In this document: piece after piece, positions 48,140 to 61,622 of the stretch
Layout: every line of letters starts with the position of its first letter
How positions within the stretch are numbered: position 1 is the stretch's first letter
Assembly (NCBI GenBank): GCA_964106915.2
Contig: OZ066915.1
Direction: 5' to 3' (one strand)
Origin: Podarcis gaigeae
Taxonomy: Eukaryota
Length of the DNA: 64,000 nt
Program-made: the position numbers and the translations under genes
The notes under the pieces: generated by a model
The model's input: only the letters and a program-made list of their open reading frames with translations
The model's database searches: none
What the model was told of the DNA's origin: nothing

Positions 48140-51100
48140 GTAAGTCTTCAAGAGGCAACGTTTAATACATCGTGTTTATTTGCAGAACACCCAAAGGAAT
48201 TTGGTATTGTTCTCATATTGCATTTGACACTACATAGAATGTTCTGAGCTTTTGCTTCCTTGACACTGGATTGTGCATGAGCTGCTAAGATGGAGTTCAA
48301 TTTACATTACATTACATTGAATTGACTAATTTCACCTGCAGCAGTTACTGGGAAGTCTTTCATTTGTAGAGAATGTAAGGCTTCGTGTATTAAAGCCCAG
48401 TAAACAAAGCTGCCATTTTGCTTGTCAAGCACATAAAGTACAAATGTATGGCATAAGTATAAATCAGCTAATGCATACAAAACTCATACAACTGCAGTCA
48501 ATACTAGGGATTTTTAAAATTTAATATAATTTATTAAATTTGTATGTGCAACAACCACAAGACTTGCTTTATATCTGTATTTGTAGCATTTGGAAGCAGC
48601 CCAATCTGCTTTGGACCTGCTCTGGTCATTCTATTGATTAGTTTTTTGGGGTCTGAATCTGATCTGTTACATCCAAAATTCAGGAGTTCAAAATAGCTAT
48701 AACATTTTTTATTTTCACATAAGTAGATAGAATTTGCAGGCAAATGAGCCCTCCCATGTCAAATTTCATGCAGACCCATCCAGGGGGGTTTTGTGCAAGG
48801 AACCTTTAAAAATTATTTTTTTTAACAAAGAAAAGACCTGTAATGTTTTGATTTCCTGATAGATTTGAATGTAAATTGCATGCTTTTGGAGGGGATGAAG
48901 CCTACCAATTTTCAAAAATCTAGTGGTTCTGCAAAGGAGGACTTTAGCATGATAGAAAATAGAAATCATGTTCCCTCCCCAATTTTATTTGTGGATTGAA
49001 AACTGGACACAAGGGAAGTGCCCCTAGATAAAGCTAAAACAAATAGGTTGCACATTTAATGTTTTTTGGGGGGAATGAGACCACAGAGCAACTTGGAATT
49101 TATGGGTTCCTTGATCCACCTTGAGATACATTGTTAATGATGCAATCTGGTCTGAGGAATGTGAGATCAGGACCCGAATCACTCCAATTCCTCTTGTTAT
49201 TTGGGGTGCACACGTTGCTGACACATACCCCTAGTCAATACCAGTAGGTCAAGTCACAAGGTTATAGTTCCAATGCTATAAAGCAGAGGTAGGTAACTTG
49301 TTAATAACTAACAAGGATACCAGGTATGTGAATGGCTCCTAATCTACATATTTTACCCTACACGCAATAAACTAATTCTGCATACCATTTTCATGAATGT
49401 GGCAGATGTTAAGCTGAATCTGGTGGATATGTGATAGATCTAATCCAAAATTGTGCACTCCTAATTTGAGGTTGGGGTGGGTGGAATGGAGAGGGGGCAT
49501 CTCCCAACCAAAAAAAAGGAGGAAACAACTTCAAGGTGAGTTTGGAAATCATATTCTGAAGATATGTGTACATAGAAGCTGGTATGCTCAGGATTCCAAC
49601 AGGAAACCTTGCAGAAATGCCTTGGGAGTTTTTAGTATGTGAACAATATGTTTAAGAATGTACTATTACATTTTTAAAAGGGAGATGCCTTTCATGTTGA
49701 AGTTGAGTAAATATCCTTTCTCCTTTTAGTGTATGCCTATAAGCATGATTGGTAGAAAATATTAGAACTGGTATTGTTTTCCAATGATTATATAACCTTT
49801 TATTTTGTGTTTGTTTCGTTTTCACGTGTTTTTTATGGTAAGTAGTAGATCATTTTGATTGTTTGTAGAACTTACTTGCAATTATTTTAGAAACAATACA
49901 TTTCTAAACAGGGATAACATATGGTGGGATCTCTTTATATAAACATAGCTATCACACACACTTGTAGCTTAGTGTGAGTAGAATCTAACATTTGTTCTAA
50001 TTGCCTGTACAGATTTTCTATAGTTCTTTTCTGTTTTTTAACCTCCACCAGAACTAGACAAATCTCAGAAATCTCACCAGGTGAGCTCAATCTCACTTTT
50101 TGAAAATGATAAACATATAAATAAATTTGAGATTCATTAGCTTTGTGCAAATTTATATGAGAACTAATATTACCTCTATCTGGAAACCAATCCACGTTCA
50201 TTGCTGTGCTAAAGGAACTGTACAACTTTAAACTGTGGTATTCTGACAAATCTATGACAATGGATAGATTTTAATATGCTTCTTGGTTTGAATCGGTGTT
50301 AAATTGTGGATTTCCAATCTTGATCTCATATTCTCTAGTCCTCTTTTTTGTGGGCTCTGGTTTTTGTGTTGTCTTTTTGGATATTAAAGGGATAATAATT
50401 GATAGCTCTGGTTCCCTATTGCTAATTGCAGTTTCCTGGCAGAAATCTTTAGTTGATATTTGTTCAGACATTATAACAGGATAATTAGCCCATTATGTAA
50501 AGTCTATTATTGAGTCTCACGTGATCAACTGTCTGGCATATGGTGAGGACCTGATAAGAAGGAATCTTTCCCTACAGGCCTATTTTCTTTCCTCTGTCTT
50601 AATAAGAGAGTTTTAAAGTGGGTGATGCAGAAAGGAGAATCTTACAGTTCCTCAAGAGTAGGGAGAAGCATTAATAAATTCCACCTATTTGCATTGTGCA
50701 GGAGTACAATTGTATTTTGGTTTTTGTATGCATAGACTGGCACCTCCAGCTAAACGTGACAGGCAGCAGGTAACGTGAAAGATCTCTACCTGAAACTCCG
50801 GCAGGCTGCTGCCCATTGAAGCAGATGAGACTGGGCTAGGTGGACAAATAGTTCAACTACTATAAAAGCAGCTTCTTCTTAGTGTTGCCAGTCAAGTTTT
50901 TCTTTACCTTGGCTTGGAGACAAATTTCAGAATTTCTTAATGAGTCACCTGAAAGCATAAGTCCACTACCTTCCACTTTCTCTGCTGTGGATCATAATCC
51001 AAGCAAAGGAAGAATCCCTGTTTTACTTCCGCTCTATCCTCAAAAGACTTCCTGAAAGCCCTTCCTCCTTCTCACAGGATAACCTCTCCACACCTAGAAC

Positions 51101-51159
51101 ATCTAAAACATTAAAACCATTCAAGTATTCTCACAGTTAATAATGGTTAATGGTTGCTG

Positions 51160-51320
51160 GAAACAGTATCTTTCAGCCAACAAATCCCTGGGTGAAAAGG
51201 GATCTTTTCATATTCCTCCTGAATGTTAATAATGAGGGAGACAAGCACATCGCTTCAGGAAGAGCATTCCACAAACAGGGAGCCATCACCAAGAAGGCCC
51301 TGTCAAGGCCCTGTGGTGAC
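51160..51320 (-). mobile_element. L2 3' fragment
   Basis: Minus translation DRAFLVMAPCLWNALP...FRRNMKRSLF, the L2 ORF2 C-terminus. Similar relics near 55600-56070 and 10600-10930. Confidence 0.65.
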
Positions 51321-52102
51321 ACCACGTGTGAGAGGGAGGGAGGGAGGGAGGGAAAATACTGCCCTCCACACTTTTCACTTTCTGCCACTGCCCTTCCCAG
51401 CTTGGCAGCAAGCAAAGAGAAGTGGGGAGGGTGCTGTGGGTTGGTGGGGAACTCTAAGCTGGTTATCATTTTGGCTTCTATATAGATTCAACTGATAATT
51501 ACTGGCTGCATCCCCTGGGTATAAAGAGAATTTTTGATGATAGAAGCATTACCTTCTGTGAGTCCAACATATCAATCAACTATATCAACTATACTATTAG
51601 GGGCTGTTTGTGCAACTTATGCAAACTGGTCTTACACAATATAGGACAGTAGCTTTGTGATATATACAGTCTTGTCTTTGTGCAAGTCTCCCTCTTTTGT
51701 AATGTTAGTCACATCTGAGCATCTCCAATTGCAATACCATTTTTCATACTCTCTTGAGCTACCTTTAAACCTGATTTCTTCAAGTAACATTGGAATTATG
51801 ATGACCTCACTTATCATCTGTCTTTCACAGCAACATTTGGTGTGGTCATCAATAAGTGCTTGCCTTCGTGTGGGCAGGAAAAGAGCTGATAATGTTCTTT
51901 TGATTGCACCTCTCACTTGAGTTAAGGCCCTGAGAGTGTTATTTTGTGTCTGGGAGCCAAATGGTTAGTTTTGTGAAATTGCTGTGCGCATCAGCTGTCC
52001 TGGATTCTTCTATCTTATCATATGGATGCAGTATCTGTCAGCTGAAGGCTAACTGGAACTTTATAACCAAAGCACTTAGTAACTGCCCACAAAACTGCTG
52101 AT

Positions 52103-52265
52103 AGGGCTGTACTTCAGTGGTAGAGGCTCAGCTGTATGCTATATGCTGAAAGCCCTAGCCAGGTTTAGTCCTTGCAGGTAGGACTGCAAATGCTCCCAGT
52201 CATTGTAGACAATGCTGAGGTTGGTGGACTGCTGATCAGACTTGTTAAAAGACAGCTTCCTATGT
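52103..52265 (+). mobile_element. tRNA-derived SINE (Squam2-like), decayed
   Basis: GGGCTGTACTTCAGTGGTAGAG head and GACAGCTTCCTATGTT end. Confidence 0.6.
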
Positions 52266-52324
52266 TAGAATCAGTTTTTGTCATGCTTGCTTTCCCGTTT
52301 GTTAGTGTAATTCTATATGCATGT

Positions 52325-52893
52325 ATGTGTATGTATTTAATATACAGCCCTTCATCCGAAGATCTCAGGGCGGTTCACAAAATAAAAATACAGGATAAAA
52401 GCACAAAATGAATAGTTAAAAATAAAATAAGAATGCCCCCTCCCACAAACACATTTAAAAGCCCATAGAATATTAAGGCCTGGTTGAAGTGGAATGTTTT
52501 TGCCTGGTGTATAATGAAGGCACCGGAAGAACCTCCCTGGGGAGAGCATTCTACAGACAGGGAGCCACTACAGAAAAGGCCTGTTCTGGTGTTGCCACCC
52601 TCTGGACTTCTCACAGCGGAGGCACACAAAGAAGGGCCTCAGACGATGAGCGCAGAGTCCAGATCGGTTTATATAGGGAGAGGTGGTCCTTGAGGCATTG
52701 TGGTCCTGAGCTGTTCAAGGCTTTCTAGGTCAAAACCAGCTATTTGAATTGGGCCTAGAAGCTAATTGGCAGCCAGTGCTGTCAGGCCAGGATTGGTGTA
52801 ATATGCTCAAACCGTCTTGCCCCGGTGAGCAACCTGGGCACCAAATTCTGCACCAGCTGAAGTTTCCAAACCATCTTCAGAGGCAGCCCTACG
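52325..52893 (-). mobile_element. L2 LINE 3' fragment
   Basis: Similar to the 3' part of the 7121-9197 L2 (GCAGCCAGTGC, GGCAGCCC, GAGCATTCTAC, CAGGGCGGTTCACA). Confidence 0.75.
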
Positions 52894-55800
52894 CTTGTTT
52901 GATAAACATCGCACTGCAGTGCAATTAAACTGCTTTCTTTGGCAAACTCCATTTATTGGGAGGAGTTCAATGTCATTCTCTTCTAATCATTCTGTCAGCA
53001 CAAGCATTTCTGCTTGCCAGATGGCATGGTCCTCCTCTTGTCCCCTCCACACTATTCTGGGGGTTCTCCCAAACCTCAAGGCATCTGGGGGTGGGACACA
53101 GAAGGAGGAGGAAGGGAAGTTCCATTGCTAGAGGGAGCCCTTGAGCTGGCTTCTGTGTGGGCACCTGGCTGGTTGAATCCAGGCTACACTTTATTTCCTG
53201 CATATTTGTATTCATATATTTTTTTAAAAAAAATCTACAAATTCAAGATCACTGGATTGTGACCAAGACTCCAAATTGCTCTACCTTGACATCAACATAT
53301 CATCACTGTAATACAGCTTCAATGTGTTTTCAAGTGGATTATTGTGGAATTAGCTATATTTCCATTATTTACGAAAGCTGTTTGCAAGCCTGAAGGCTAA
53401 GATTAATTTCAGCAAAGGGAAGACTCAGGAAACCTAAAGTTGCAATTTCCAGCTGGGGGCGGGGGGGGATGACCTAGAGTTGGAGTGAACAAGGAGGTTC
53501 CCTAGTTTGCAGATGACACAAATTGTTCTGGATAATAAAATCCCAATCAGATTTTGAACCGCTCCGTAAGGATCCCTTTAAACTGGGTGACTGGGCAACA
53601 GAATGGCTGATAAGAACCATTGTAAGTAATTGCAAAGTGCCACACACATAAAATCCCAAGTACACATAAACATTGATGAGGTTTAAATTGACTGTACCCT
53701 GGAAAGAGATATTGGAGTCTCTGTGGAACACACCAAAAAGTAGGCGGGGGGGGGGGAATAAAAAGAAGAAAAGTTCAGCACTGGGAATGATTAGCATTAG
53801 GGATTTTTATGGTAAGAACACAATCCATTCACCCATGGGTGGAGAACTAGCCATTGAACTCAGTACAAACCCGTCTTGCCTTTTCACTCCTCAACATGCG
53901 TGGGCTGTTTTGAGGGAATGGGCAGCTTCTATGTCTTTTCCTTATCCCCATCAAACCACCCTTCTTCCCCTTTTGCTCTAGCTCTCCCTTTACAAATGTG
54001 GTTGAAAGTTCTCCTTGCACAATTGTTCACTCAGCTTTAGGGGAAATCATTCACCACTACAGCAGAGGAGCCCAGAAGTAGCCAAGGAATAGCATATACA
54101 ACTCTTGCCATTTTTGTGCTCTTTGGAAACATCCATGCTATACATTCAAAGCACATGGCTTCCACAACAGAATCCTAGGAACTTTAGCTTATCCCTCACT
54201 ATCCTTAAGAAACTACAATTCATATAATGTTGGGGTTTTTTTGGGGGGAGGAAGCTCTGGGCTTTAAATGTGTGTTAGCTCTTCTTTAAATGTAAGGTAC
54301 ACCTGTGTCCTAAGTCTCCTTGTCGGGTTCAATGAATGCACACTTGATAAATGTAGGTAGCGCTTGGAAATACGTTAGAGGGTAGCCCAGTGTGGGGTTT
54401 TCAGCACACTATATTCTGGGATCATGACTTGCAGTAGAGGTACCGAATGCTTCAGATGTTGTTGAAATATAGCTTCCATCATCTCTAGCCACCTGCCATG
54501 ATGTCTGAGACTGATGGCGGTTGGAGAACAGCAACAGTGCGAGACAGTGTGTTGGCTACTCCTGGGTAGACCTTCAAATGAGCTCTAGTCCATATTCACC
54601 CATATTTGGTGAAGCTTGTTGGGAATTTTCTGCCACTTCATTGCCACTGATGTCTTGCCACCCCTGCTACTTCATCCATAGATCCTCTTTATACCAAGGA
54701 GAAGAACAGTTTCTGGCTCAGTTCAGATCATGGTGTTGGTAAGAGTGGCTCACAGCTTGCCCCCATGGATGAACCGCATCTAGTAGGACAGGAGTTCCTC
54801 CTTTTAGACTTAGGCAGAGATTTTATGAGCTTATGTCAAATCACCTTTCCTCAGCACTATATATAAAAGAGCCATGTCTTATCAGGTTTTAGGAAGAAAT
54901 CAAAGTAATTTTGCACTCTCTTTCTTCCAGATGATATTCCCAAAGACGGCATTTTGTTAATTGAGCTATTATCATAAGTGAATATAATTAGCATTTTCAG
55001 CACAGTAAAAGAAGCCCAGGGTCTCTTATTTCTAGTGCGCATTATGGATTGCTGCTCTGAAAGCCCATTGCAATATTTCACAGTTAGTTTGAAATGCTCT
55101 TACATGACTACGGCAAGTAAATATTAGCAATTACTGTGAATGCAAATTACAGTAAAAAACATTTATAAGAAGGTGAGAGGAGGAAGTGTATTTGTGAGGC
55201 AGTTATTTATGCAGGGAATAATGAAATTTATTTTGTGCCTGTTCTACAAGTATCTCACAAAATCAAAATAGCTTTAAACATACTTTGTGGTAGCATCTGC
55301 TATCAGTCTTTTGTACTTTTCTTTTCAGACATAGATTTCTTACTTGAACTTCTACTATTTCCCCCTTACATTTTTTGCTGTAGGTAGAATGACAAAAGAC
55401 TAGTTGACTCTCAAACACTGGATAGTTCTGCATATACGTAACCTCTGTGGATACCTTACTTGCTAAAAATGAAAACTCTGTCATGACAACTCCATCATTG
55501 TAGAAACCATTTCTCAAGATTTTTGAGTGCTACTTTTATTTAATGTTTTTTTTAATTATAGAACCATAGAACTGTAGAGTTGGAATGTTTCACTTTCTTC
55601 ACAAAAGTGACCCAAAGCGACGTACAAACATAGTATAAAAACAAATTATAGCAAACAAAACCAACAAAAGCCCAATAAATACAGCTATATAGATAAATGA
55701 CAGGTCTTATATATCTTGCCATTTAAATTAAATTAAATCTTACCCTTTAAATTATGGGCAAATGCCTGGGTAAAAAGAAAAGTTTTTCCTGGTGCTTAAA

Positions 55801-58800
55801 CATTATTTAACAAGAAACTTAGGTGTGCTCCCTACTCATTTTTTTTCTATTGGCAATGCATATTTTTATGGTCCTGCTGCTGAATTGAAGCTGATTTTAG
55901 AGTTTAGGCAGGTTCGTGCAGCTGGGCATTCAGACAATCTGGTCCAAAGCATTTAAAACCAAAAACAGCACTTCAAATTGGGCCCAGAAACAGAATATGT
56001 ATAATATGCCCTGATAGTCTGATTTCTATCAGAGTTCTTATTCATGCATTCTGTACCAACTGGTGACTCTGAAGCATCTAGCGTGGCTGCTGACAAACTA
56101 GTCAAATATGGGGAAAGGCACACTTATGAAGTTCAGAATAAGCCTTTGTAAAAACTTCCAAAAATATCCATGTACATTTTTCAAGACTGACCTAGCTGTT
56201 GCAGCCAAACATCCGGCTTTCTCAACAAGTGTACCATATTTGCTTCATTACTGACTATTTTGTTAAAGGTGAACTATAGCACTGCTCACGGCACCCATTG
56301 CATTACATGACACACACACACACACAAAAAACTAAAGTAGCAATTGGCAGAAACATAATGAACCCTTCCAATCTTGACTGAACTTGAGCTCAAAGTGCAG
56401 TGAGCAGTGGTATGTTTTTTTAATCAGTAGATGCACAGCCAAGATGACCTGTCCTCAGCAGCTGGATGTTAATAAGAACAAGCATGTACATGCTGCTTCA
56501 GTGAAAGTCTAGGGGCTGTGATGAATTCCAAATGGTTAAGGAAGCTGTCGAGTTGCTCGGCTCAACAAAAGCACTTCTTATAAAATAAAAGCACTTGAAA
56601 AGAGAGCACATGAGGAGATGGACAAGCTATTGTAAAGATGGCCATTTAATGGTTCCATTTCCACACTGACACCTGATTTCTAAGACCTTTTACAATATCA
56701 TGAATAAACTGCATTATGCACATCTAGTCTTTTACCTAGAATCTTTGATTCTTGAAACCAACTCCTTTGTATTTGATAAATTACAAGTTTGCTTTTGTCT
56801 TAGTGCTAGACCTGGAAGTTCTTAGGGCAATTTTCAATGATTATATTAGCTGCAGAGTATTATATCATTGAGCTAATTGCTGGTTGTCAAAACTGCTACG
56901 GAGGGGAAAGGGTGTTATTAAATTGCAGTATTTATTTTAATTAGTTAAACTTTGCATTGCAGGCATCACGGTACACTGTATTTGTAAAATAAAATAGCAC
57001 AGACAATAAAAGATGTTCAGACCATCAAAACAAAGTAAAATAAAAATAAAAATACCCACACACCTAAAGAAGACCATAAAAAACAAAACTATCCGGGCAC
57101 GTGGATTGTGGAATGCCATCTGCATTATATGGCACTGAGAAAACTGATTATGTTGGACCTCTATTTCGTAGCAGATGGGTTCATTAAATTTAATAGCCTC
57201 TAGAGCTTTTAGAAACAGTGTTAAAAACATGTGGAACATGCTGTGACACTTCACTTCTAGCCCCAGAGTCATTATAATTCTGGCACAGACTATAAATATT
57301 AAAGTACTTTATTTCAATTGAAACAAATGACTACTCTAATTATTTTTGTTCATGTACAGTAACATCAGAAGTGTCGAAGGCTGCCATTGTTTCAATTTTC
57401 CTGCAGTATCCCACTTTTTGTTTAAGGACATTTTTGCTGAACTTTAGCTCCATCTCCCATATTAGATTCACTTCTAATTTGTTATTTGACTTGCATGCAA
57501 CATCAGAAACTAAAAGGCAATCATGTGGGTTAAGAAAATAAGCCATTTCCCCGCCTGTGGTGGTGAGGAAACCAACAAAAGGGCTACGTTTTATCTAGAA
57601 AACTGTATCTGAAGCACGTAGAGATTTTTCTGTTGGTTCTTGCCTGCCCTTCCATAGAGTATAGCATGGACTTTCAGCAATGGTGCACAAAGTTAACTCA
57701 GGTCTTCCATTTTAATCTGTTACTGGTATCTAGTAAGACCAAGGTGTTAGCCAACTTCAGAAACAGTCCTCCAATTGGCATTGCTTGTCATTTTCTCTTA
57801 CGTAGTTCATTGAGCAGGATTTTTATAACAAAAATCATAATTGGATTGGAGAATTAATCGGCAATTACTTGTATTTTGCACATGTATCAAGACAACAATG
57901 ATGTGAACAGGCCAAACATAAACCCAAGTTCTCAAATTTTAAGGAGAGAGTAAAGTATTTCTTATCTATACAACTCTTGGCAGTGTGCTCTTTCACTTTC
58001 AATCCATTTCCTCATTTTCCTCATCACCTACCCCAGGTTCATCCCCCCCCTTTCTTCTTTCACCTACTGTATCTGTGGTTCTTTCTTCAAAACTTTTGAG
58101 ACCTGGTCTGCTCTGGTCATCAACTTACAAATCCCTGCAGTCACGTTTCCCCCTTCTTCCCACGCTACGAAAGGGAGGGATGTTGAAGTTGTTCTTGTGT
58201 GATTAGCACATTCTTTTAAAATGTATTTTGGCAGCTCCAGTGTGGCTTAGTTTCATTATATCTAAGCCCTGGCATGAGCTGACATTTCAAACTCCGTCTT
58301 TGATTAAAAAAGAGCTAAAGAAATCCAGACCTTTCAAAAGGCTAAGTGAATGTGTTCTACTGTTGCTGGAGGTGTTGAAGGGTCTAATGACATCAAATCC
58401 ATAAAACAGTGCCAAAAATGAGAAATTGCTGGATTAGTCCATGTAGTCAACCTACTGTACATTCTAATTGCCCTCTAACCTAGACCCAGTCCACATTAGG
58501 AGTGTGGGGGTTTTTGGTGGTAGTATGCTTCTTTCTTTCTCATGAATCATGACACATTCACCAACTTGCAGTTATCCCACTACTTCTGCTACTTTATTCG
58601 GGGATTTTTCAGATTTATTTTATATGCGTCAAACATGTTATATTAGAACTATTATGGGTAGGAGTGCCTTCCATCCTCCAGAACTACATCCCCAGCCCCC
58701 TTCCTCACCTTTCTTTAGCATTTAACCTTCGGTGTTTGGGAATGAATTTGTGGGAAGGAGGTTTGAGTGCCCATGACATATCATCATATTTTTGGGTGGT

Positions 58801-59362
58801 GGTGCTAAGTCTCAATAAGCACCTGCACAGATGTATTTCATTTGAAAGCCCTTTCCCCCAAACTTTCACTTTTCACAGGGGGGAGGGAGAAGTACTGTGA
58901 TTGTTCTCCATCTTCCTCCTCCTTTTTCAGTGCACCCTGTGTGTGCAGACATTCTCTGTGATCAGACATCACAAAGGTGTGGTGCAGTGTGGTGTGACAA
59001 AGAAATATAATGCACTATATGCGACTTACGAATCATCCACTTTTATATTTCACATCCCAAGGGAGATAAAGGGGTTGCGTTCACATATAATACTAAACCA
59101 AACCATGGTCCAGTGTGAGCATTCAGGCATCCAGGGAGGTGGCCATAGCTGCTTTGTTCATCCTGGTCCTTTTAGCTCAGTGCAGCATGGCAGCTAAGCC
59201 AAGGTTTGACTTAGTGTGGCACCTGGACCCTGGCTGTATAGCAGTCTGTCCCCTTTAATCACAAGCTGTAGCCAAGGTTTGTTCTTGACTACAGCTCATT
59301 GCTAAGGAGGAAATAACAAGCCTGGGTTTGAATGACACAGTAAACCAATCCTGGGCTTAGCT

Positions 59363-59498
59363 CACTGATGGCGAAACATGGCCCTCCAGCTGTTTTTGGA
59401 CTACAACTACCATCATCCCTAGCTAACAGGACCAGTGGTCAGGGATGATGGGAATTGTAGTCCCAAAACAGCTGGAGGGCCACGTTTGGCCATCACTG
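59363..59498. mobile_element. Palindromic hAT MITE
   Basis: Near-complete hairpin; 8-bp TSD GCTTAGCT (59355-59362, 59499-59506). Confidence 0.88.
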
Positions 59499-60153
59499 GC
59501 TTAGCTGCTCTGCTGAAAAGACCAGGAAGGAGCAAAGCAGTCACAGGGAGCCAGCAGGCTAGTATGATCCTAGGAAGGCATAGTTGGTATTACCATGTTG
59601 TGCAAACATGTATTCTTTACAGTGTGACCCCTGATCTGCATTTGCATTAGTGAAATACACCAGTACAGCAGTACCTTGTAAATGAAAGAACCCTAGTGAC
59701 TTTAGAATTTACAGGATAACCGCTTATAAGAGAATCTTGTGCTGCATCTTTGAGGATGCTCTTCATAGTGCTCAGGGGTTTGTCTCTTTAACTCACAGTC
59801 TTCTGCTATGGAATATTATCTGTATAAATCACAGGCAGCAGGCTCGGTGTTCAGTTTTGATTTACCAGAATATCCCAATGGGAACTCTTCTCTACACATG
59901 TCTTCCACACCTGTGTGCTGGAGATATAGCAGGGCAAGGAATTTTTCAACTTGTCATTGATGTACAACCCCTTTCTCTGAGAGGACAAAGAATGCTTTTA
60001 GATTTCTCAGACCTGTTTTCACTGGAATTTTAGTTGTGCCTGTCAGGACCCAAACCTGAAAATCAAAAGGCAACAAATCATTAAATGAAGAAAGAATTTA
60101 TTTCTGCATTTCTCATGTATTAGATCAAACGAGAAAAAACACACTAATGTGTT

Positions 60154-60155
<2 letters not shown>

Positions 60156-60199
<44 letters not shown>
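60156..60199. repeat. (AAT)n microsatellite
   Basis: Read directly from the sequence. Confidence 0.97.
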
Positions 60200-60200
<1 letters not shown>

Positions 60201-60819
60201 CTTTATGCAAAATTCTCATTTTTGAAAATGCACTAATGGCGGAAGGTGGAAACATTCCAATTATTCCCTTGGGCTGGTTTCTGTAGTTTCCAGTCAGCCC
60301 ACAGTTTCTACATGTCTTTTACAGAGTTGTTTGTAGTATTGAGAAAGAACAAAGTATGTATCCCTTTGCAAAACTATACTCATTCTACATAGCAGCTCCC
60401 TGAAATGGCCCAGAACAGCTAATTCATAAGCTGTAGCTTTAAAAACTAGTAGTGAAGTGTGTTAACTTCAGAGTTATTAACAGATGGTGTGCACCGTCCA
60501 TTGCTCAGAGTAAAGATATTGAACAAGAAACTGATTGTACTGTCATCAGTTCCTGTGGGCGACACTAGACATAAATGAACTTTTCACAAATGAATTGGAA
60601 AAGTATTGGAAAACACAGATGAAAAACTATGATTGAGGCAGATGCAACATTCCAGAAGAATAACCATGCTAGTCTTTTAAAGGAAACTCAAACACGGATC
60701 CTGTCTGTGGCATCATAAAAGTTAATGAAAGGATTGTGTCATGAGCTTTGGTAGGTTACATTCTCCTTTATCAGATGCATCCTTTTGTTTTAGTTGTGCC
60801 AGACTACAATCCTTTGCAA

Positions 60820-60892
60820 ACTTACCTAGACATAGTCTCAAATAGAAACAATGGGACTTACATCTAAGTGAATATGCATAGGATTGAACTGG
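60820..60892. repeat. Short palindromic squamate repeat (CAATCCT...AGGATTG family)
   Basis: CAATCCTTTGCAAACTTAC ... GTGAATATGCATAGGATTG hairpin. Relatives near 35108-35190 and 41895-41965. Confidence 0.55.
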
Positions 60893-61101
60893 ATAACACT
60901 TTACTAGGTTTGTATTATGGCAATGGAGTGGAATGCTGCTGTTCTGGGGTCCCAGGTGCAAGTCTCTTTCCTTTCAATTGTACACCCAAATAGGGCTAGA
61001 GGTCTATCCCTTGACTATCCATTCTGAGATTCTAGCTGCAGGTGGGGGGAGGGAAACAATTTTGGGAACATGAGAGTGTGGGGGGGGGGAATGTGTGTAA
61101 T

Positions 61102-61375
61102 CCAGTGGCGGAGCTTCGTGCTTTGGCACTGGGGGTGGAGAGCAGGTGGGGGCATGGCTGGCGTGCGCCCCGGGGGGCATGGTGCATGTCCTGGGATTGT
61201 GGCACGCTGCCCGCAGGGGTGTGGTGTGCATTCCAGGGACGTGGCGCACATCCTGGTGGCATGGTGCACTGCCTGCGGGGGCATGGCTTCAGCACAGGGG
61301 GCAGCCGCGATGGCACCCCACTGGGATTGTGGTGCCAGGGCAGTGCACTCCCCCCACCTCCGTCTTCCTCCAGTG
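61102..61375. mobile_element. GC-rich hAT-like non-autonomous element fragment
   Basis: Starts CAGTGGCGGAGC; internal GGGGGCATGG repeats; right end unclear and adjacent to the Tigger-like MITE. Confidence 0.55.
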
Positions 61376-61380
61376 TTGTA

Positions 61381-61622
61381 CAGTGGTACCTCCAGTTACA
61401 TACGCTTCAGGTTACATAAGCTTCAGGTTACAGACTCCGCTAACTCAGAAATAGTGCTTCAAGTTAAGAACTTTGCTTCAGGCTGAGAACAGAAATCGTG
61501 CTCTGGCGGTGCAGCGGCAGCAGGAGGCCCCATTAGCTAAAGTGCTGCTTCAGGTTAAGAACAGTTTCAGGTTAAGTACGGACCTCCGGAATGAATTAAG
61601 TACTTAACCCGAGATACCACTG
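61381..61622 (-). mobile_element. Tigger/pogo-like MITE
   Basis: TA|CAGTGGTACCTC ... GAGATACCACTG|TA; its reverse complement is about 90% identical by eye to 34188-34413. Confidence 0.88.

Noticed and set aside
48053-48247. Stand-alone ORF (also 41256-41438)
   Set aside because: Exon frames running past splice donors into intron.
61004-61486. Cluster of six overlapping ORFs
   Set aside because: By-product of a GC-rich non-autonomous element with few stop codons.
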